Below, piece after piece: positions 59,201-64,000 of a stretch of DNA of 64,000 bases. The translations under genes were made by a program, and so were the position numbers. Below the pieces are notes generated by a model. It made no database searches, was not told where the DNA came from, and was given only the letters and a program-made list of their open reading frames with translations. The stretch lies in contig CAVVKN010000002.1 of the NCBI GenBank assembly GCA_963748825.1, positions 167,366 through 231,365 of the forward strand, read 5' to 3'. Source of the stretch: Methanotrichaceae archaeon (GTDB taxonomy: Archaea > Halobacteriota > Methanosarcinia > Methanotrichales > Methanotrichaceae). How positions within the stretch are numbered: position 1 is the stretch's first letter; each line of letters opens with the position of its first letter.

Positions 59201-59981
59201 GCTCACGTCGGCGAATCTGGACGAAAGAACTTCTCGGAAAATGGCCAACGGCAGAATCTTTGGGCCAAAGGCAGGGGAGTATGGGACAAGGATGCTGCCA
59301 TTGCTCGAAGACTCCATCTGGAAGACAGAAGAAGAGCTGGCCGAGGTCTTCATTCAGTCCATGGATCACCTTTACGCCGAGAACCTGCATGCTGTTAAGA
59401 ACAATGAGCTCTACCGGGCCAATCTCTCCCGCGTGGAGATGGTCTCTCAGGTCAGAGACACACATGATCGAGAGATAATAGACCTTGATCACTACTACGA
59501 GTTCTTTGGAGGCCTTTCCCGCGCTGTGCAGATGGAGAAGGGCGAGCCTGTGCGAATGCTCATCTCCGACACTACAGAGGAAGTCATTCGCACGGAGGAT
59601 GTTGCCCGAGCAATTAACCGGGGTGCAAGAACCAGGCTTCTCAATCCTCGCTGGGCCAATGCCATGCTCTCCCACGAATTTCACGGTGCCCAGCAGATTG
59701 CCGATCGCGTAGAGAACATGCTCGGCCTGGCAGCTACCACCCACGCGGTGGAGAATTGGATCTGGTCTGCCATCGCAAAGCGTTACATCTTCGACAGGGA
59801 GATGCAGGAAAAATTGGTGAAGAACAACAATTATGCCGCGGCAGAAGTGGCAGAGCGATTGCTTGAGGCGGAGAAGCGCGGCTACTGGCAGGCCACAAAA
59901 GAGGAGATGGAAAAGCTGCGAGCGGCATACCTGGATATGGAGGGTGAGATCGAAGAAGGACTGAGCAGAGTTAGTATTTAG
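56217..59981 (+). CDS. CobN/ChlH family class I chelatase large subunit (ChlH/BchH-like copy)
   Basis: WPELDG.IEP, YNYPP, HVGTHG..EF..GK, GLHILG, LPTGRN, RPRVD, GFFRD, DHYYEFFGG, LNPRW. Confidence 0.94.
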   Translation: MKITFISTVSTAGLAQAAEELKQQFNLPLQLKVYYPRQIDEELIDDQVVKRDLQTSDAVCVDIRGSGRAIDLVYQSLKDEKNIVVNLMAPMGKMMEITRLGSFSGRSMANRIRPEEARDPEEVWKKIQLAEGLVKTAGRIIPLGRVRDAGNYVSIARYWRYGGKENYRNLLLLLLRDYLNCSLPKAKEPLQSPEYGIFHPKHGYFLEMESFCKASGFDEALPTVGVLFYGNMHFDQCQSVLKGLLENLLDCNIIPVFSDGIHNLRAMKKFFFRDDRPILDALVNLTWFRLNGGPLGGNPEKTEELLSELNVPVFAPACMYSRKIEEWKASETGLSPMESIMAVIWPELDGCIEPIACCGVQDLSVGDLQASEVAALPDRVERIALRIRRWMELRKKRNDQKRIAIIIYNYPPGEANLGVASYLDVFASVQRILEALLNKGYSVVMPERELHRLFQDYALFNTGSWHRAEDALKKCFSLDKVDYLDFFSSLPKNMQKDVIESWGEAPGKVMVAGEKIVIPGQQLGNIFIGIQPARPPLGEADLASASHDKTRPPHHQYLAFYHWLEEVWKADLVVHVGTHGLAEFTKGKEVGLSKECFPDLLIGSMPHLYFYHVVNTSEVVIAKRRLYATTLGYNSPPFTTSDLYEGYAELEDLIDEYSQAGLHGDLRADIVQEKIFQKAIDLKIEGRDVPGIHDELYEMKRRIIPKGLHILGEIYERKDLQSFFEFILRYDREGIKSLNRILAERKGLDYDQVLHNRESFVEELKEIDNMASHLCGLCLEKSLDSAVMESSLSSKAREELRETLSYGLGFLEKYSRNDAEITGLLRGLEAGFIEQAAGGDVIRTPDILPTGRNLTQFDPNRIPTPTAMERGQEIAENTISTYREKEANYPETVGVILWGFETTKTGGESIGQILGYLGVRIIRDAGSWAPRLEVIPLQELGRPRVDCLVNICGFFRDMFPNIVLLLDRAINLVAELDEPPEKNFVRRHSLKNKEELTSANLDERTSRKMANGRIFGPKAGEYGTRMLPLLEDSIWKTEEELAEVFIQSMDHLYAENLHAVKNNELYRANLSRVEMVSQVRDTHDREIIDLDHYYEFFGGLSRAVQMEKGEPVRMLISDTTEEVIRTEDVARAINRGARTRLLNPRWANAMLSHEFHGAQQIADRVENMLGLAATTHAVENWIWSAIAKRYIFDREMQEKLVKNNNYAAAEVAERLLEAEKRGYWQATKEEMEKLRAAYLDMEGEIEEGLSRVSI

Positions 59982-60446
59982 CTAAACTACTTAAATTATA
60001 TTTTACATTTTCATAATTTTATTACTAATATTTCACATACATGGCAGCTCAATTGCAGTATTAACAAGGAAATGGATGTGCGCATTCGTTCTACTTTGTT
60101 ATTAAATCGTATTGAAGAATAATTTACCTTTTAATGTTACAAAATTAAGCATAATTCAAATTGAATAAATATTTATAACATGCATGAATTGGTTTGAGGA
60201 TGAAATCACAATAACAGCAATAAAAGAGAATAGGCATTGTTCCTGAAATACATAAGAGATATGGCAATAGAAGCATTTATTAAGCTTGCATTTCTTATTC
60301 ACTAACGTAGTTTGATACTAAGTATTACAATAAAAAGAATACTTATTACTTTATGCATAAATATATAAATTCGATCTTTGAAGATTGATCCAAAGTCAAA
60401 GCAAGATCATTAATCAGAGCCATAGATCGCATCAGGAGGGAGTCAA

Positions 60447-61235
60447 TTGGTAAATATCACCATCAAGGACCTCACATTCAGCTACAACAGTCACAAGATC
60501 CTCGATGATCTCAATCTCGTTATCGAGAACTCAGAGATCTTGAGCCTGGTTGGGCCCAACGGCTCGGGAAAGACCACGCTCATTAAGTGCATCGATCGCA
60601 TCCTCAAGCCCAGGGGCAGCATACTCCTGGATGGCCTGGAACTGGAGAGAATGAGCCGCCAGGAAGTGGCCAGGCAGATAGGCTATGTTCCCCAGTCCAG
60701 CTCCACTCCCCTGTCCACTACGGTCTTTGATACCGTTCTCATGGGCAGAAGGCCGCACATCGGCTGGAGGGTCACAGACTCTGACCTTGATAAGGTGGCT
60801 GAGGTTTTAGAGAGGCTGCACCTGGAAGATCTGGCCATGCGCGACTTTTCTCAGCTTTCCGGAGGCCAGAAGCAGAAGGTGCTCATTGCCCGCGCCCTGG
60901 CCCAGGAGCCAGCCGTGCTTCTGCTGGACGAGCCGACCTCCAACCTGGATATGCTCCATCAACTGGAGGTAATGGAGACCGTAAGCAGACTGGTCAAGGA
61001 AAAGAACATATCTGCGGTCATGGCCATCCATGATCTCAATTTAGCCTCCCGGTTCTCGGACAAACTGGTCATGCTAAAGGAAGGCAAGGTCTATGCAGCA
61101 GGCGAGCCGAAGGCCCTACTCAGCAAGGCCAACATCAGCCGGGTTTACGGCATCGAGGCCATGGTCTTGAACGCTCTGGGCAGGCCCTACATCGTTCCTC
61201 TGCATTCGCTTGGCGGAGGATTGGCATGCGATTAG
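60447..61235 (+). CDS. BtuD/FecE-type ABC ATP-binding protein
   Basis: [28 protein letters not shown]. Confidence 0.94.
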   Translation: MVNITIKDLTFSYNSHKILDDLNLVIENSEILSLVGPNGSGKTTLIKCIDRILKPRGSILLDGLELERMSRQEVARQIGYVPQSSSTPLSTTVFDTVLMGRRPHIGWRVTDSDLDKVAEVLERLHLEDLAMRDFSQLSGGQKQKVLIARALAQEPAVLLLDEPTSNLDMLHQLEVMETVSRLVKEKNISAVMAIHDLNLASRFSDKLVMLKEGKVYAAGEPKALLSKANISRVYGIEAMVLNALGRPYIVPLHSLGGGLACD

Positions 61236-64000
61236 CGGCTTTTTGCTGGGCCAGCGATGTAGCTCTGCTTCTGCAGGCGGCCAGGGAGACGAGCATCCAT
61301 CTGCAGGCCTGGGCAATCTCTGAGTTGAATGACGAGAACCTGCAAGTGTGCATCAATTCTCTAAACGCCGCCCAGGCTATCCTCCTGCATCCCTCTCGAC
61401 AGGACCCGTTCTTCGATCGCGTTGTGGAGAGGATCGATCGGAAAATTCCTGTCATCTCCTTCGGCCTTGACCCGTCCATGTGGTCCTTTTCCACCGTCTC
61501 CAGCAAGATCGTCTCTACGGCCAACGCCTATCTTGTCTACGGAGGAGAGGAAAATGCGGCCAATATGATTCGCTACATCGGCCGAGAGGTTCTCGGCCAC
61601 GATTATAGCTACGAGCCACCCCGAGAAAGACTCTGGCAGGGCCTCTACCATCCCGATTCCAGTGAGGCTTTTTCTACTGTAGCTGATTATTTAGAGTGGC
61701 GCGGCAGACGTCATGAGCACTGCGTGGGCATACTCTTCTTTCGCACCTACTGGTCCAATGGCGACCTTTGCATAGTTGACAGCCTCATCCGGGAGCTGGA
61801 AAAGGATGTAGATGTCCTTCCTGCATTTTGCTTTGGCATGGGAGACCGGGACCTGGGTGCCAAATCCAGCGGCGAGGTAGTAGAAGAGTACTTTCTGGGA
61901 AGAGTGGACGGCGTCATCAATTTGCAGTCTATTTTTCATGCGGGAAGTGTAGAGCAGTCCGTCCCAGGTGCTGAAGCGACTAGATCTGCCGGTTTTCCAC
62001 CCCCTCACCGTTTACCACAAGAGCGAAGAAGAGTGGCAAGAGGATGTGCACGGCCTTTCCAGCTCTGAGGTGGGCTGGACGGTGGCCCTGCCCGAGTTTG
62101 AGGGTCTCATTGAGCCCATCTTGGTCGGTGTCTCGGCCAGAGATGAGATTGCTGGAACGGAGTACGAGCGTCACCAGGACGTTATTGATCGCATCCAAAA
62201 GGTCGCACGGCGTGTCAATAGGTGGATAGCTCTGAAAAATAAACCGCCCTCCCAGAGGAAGGTGGCCTTCATTCTGCACAACAATCCCTGTGCCTCGGCG
62301 GAGGCCACCGTGGGCTCGGGCGCTCATCTGGACACATTGGAGAGCGTGGCTCGCATCCTGGCCAGCATGAAAGAGGCAGGCTACAGCATTGAAAAGCCTC
62401 CCGAGAGCGGAAAAGAGCTGATTTCCACCATCATGGAGAGAAAAGCCATCTCTGAGTTTCGCTGGACGGCTGTGGAGGAGATCATAAACAAGGGCGGAGC
62501 TCTGGCCATGGTGGAGAAAGAAGACTACCTGGCCTGGTTTATCACATTGCCCAAGGACGCCCAAAAGAAGGTCTGCGACGCATGGGGGCAGCCGCCTGGA
62601 GAGGAAAAGGATGGCGTGCCTCCGGCAATGGTCTTTGAGGGCAAGATGGTGATAACCGGAGTTGCCTATGGAAATGCCATCGTCTGCGTCCAGCCCAAGA
62701 GAGGCTGCGCCGGTGCGCGCTGCGACGGGCAGGTCTGCCGCATTCTGCATGACCCACAGGTCCCTCCGCCCCATCAGTATCTTGCCACCTATCACTGGAT
62801 AGAGGAGAGCTTTGGGGCAGATGTCATGATCCATGTGGGAACGCATGGAAATATGGAATTTCTGCCCGGCAAGTCCGTGGCGCTTTCGGCAGGCTGCTTT
62901 CCCGATATAGCCGTGGGAGATGTTCCTTATCTTTACATCTACAACTCCGATAATCCGCCTGAGGGAGCTATAGCCAAGAGGAGAAGCTACGCGGTGATTG
63001 TGGATCACATGCAAACGACCATGACCGCCTCGGAGATCTACGGGGACCTGAAAGAGCTGGAGGATGCCATCGCCTCCTATAAGCAGAGCAAAATCTCGGA
63101 GAGGGGCCGGGCGCACGCTTTAGAGCATGTTATCATCGATCTGCTCAAGAAGACCAATTTAGCGGAGGAATTGAAGCTGGACGCACTCATGCAGTCCGGC
63201 GTATCCTTCGAGAGTATCTTGGAAAAGGCGCACGACAAGATCTCGGAGATCTACACTACGCAAATTCCGGACGGCATGCATATCTTCGGCCAGGTACCAG
63301 AAGGAGAGAAGCGCATCGATCTGATCTATGCCATCCTGCGCTTCGATTCGGAGATGAAAAAATTCCTCTCCGGGCTTATGGACCGGCCTGTTGCAGAAAA
63401 GGAGCAAGAGGCTTTAGCCAGACAGTTCATCAGCGCATTTCTGGCAGGGGATACGGACCCATCGGCACGCATCCTGGGTGATCTTCTCAAGAACCGGGAC
63501 TCTGAGGCCATCTCCCTCTTGCAGGAAAAGGTCCTGGATCTCTCCCGAAGAATTGAGGCCTCGCAGGAGATGAAGAGCCTGCTGCACGGCATGGAGGGCG
63601 GTTTCATCGAGCCGGGCCCTTCCGGCCTGATCACGCGAGGAAAGCCGGATGTGCTGCCCACGGGCAGAAACTTTTACACTCTGGACCCGGCCACTGTGCC
63701 GAGCATTGCCGCCTGGCGCGTGGGCAGGAAGCTCGCCCACCTTCTCATCACCAAGTACCAGGAAGAGAAGGGCAGGATTCCCGAGAACGTGGCCATGTAC
63801 TGGATGGCCAGCGATATTATGTGGGCTGAAGGAGAGCAGTTTGCCCAGATGCTCTTTCTCCTGGGAGTGGAGCCGGTCTGGAAGGGCGGGCGCGTGACAG
63901 GCTACAAAGTGTTGAGCCTGGCGGAGCTTGGCCGGCCCAGAATTGATGTCACGGTGCGAGTTAGCGGCATCACCAGAGATTGCTTTTATAACTGCATTGA
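61226..64000 (+). CDS. cobN: Second CobN family chelatase subunit, 1-nt frameshift near 61964, runs off the window end
   Basis: Removing one C from CCC 61963-61965 joins the 61226 ORF to a frame reading LPEFEG.IEP, HVGTHGNMEFLPGK, DGMHIFG, LPTGRNFY, RPRIDV up to 64000. Confidence 0.9.

Noticed and set aside
35839-59981. Chlorophyll Mg-chelatase / phototrophy
   Set aside because: No bch/chl pathway genes; context is methanogen metal transport.
59982-60446. Cobalamin or Ni/Co riboswitch in island leaders
   Set aside because: Leaders are very AT-rich with no B12-box or multi-stem GC structure visible; protein operators explain them better.
61980-63116. 378-aa minus-strand ORF and other long overlapping ORFs (e.g. 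32484-33464, 58995-59744, 20327-21037)
   Set aside because: Shadows of well-supported genes on the other strand or frame, with no recognisable motifs.

Overview
Archaeal chromosomal window, most consistent with an acetoclastic methanogen of the Methanothrix (Methanosaeta) type; this is inferred from gene content and style, not a database result. 1-8.6 kb is core: topA, three tRNAs (one intron-containing), pelota, a degenerate TtcA/Ncs6 paralog, Lrp-aminotransferase, a CDP-alcohol phosphatidyltransferase and a damaged toxin-antitoxin pair. 8.8-21.3 kb is accessory: large modular secreted proteins, a bacterial-type Hfq and a BIME-like palindromic repeat family that recurs at three loci. 21.8-33.8 kb holds tyrA/aroE, an hsdR relic and a formate locus where a Cys-type formate dehydrogenase alpha subunit sits between the two subunits of an Nfn/Sud-type flavoprotein, with a formate channel. 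34-64 kb is a ~30 kb nickel/tetrapyrrole island centred on nikR: ChlI/D-type ATPase, two CobN/ChlH-type chelatase subunits, BtuCDF/FecBCDE-type importers, NikMN, a Znu-like ABC with FmdE, two paralogous Cys-motif secreted proteins, recurrent spaced palindromes, and an unannotated 38-aa His/Cys-rich micropeptide missed by the ORF track. Five single-base frameshifts lie in short homopolymers and some may be sequencing errors. The best candidates for an undescribed system are the NikR island (possible metal-tetrapyrrole scavenging plus a Ni-storage peptide) and the Fdh-Nfn module.
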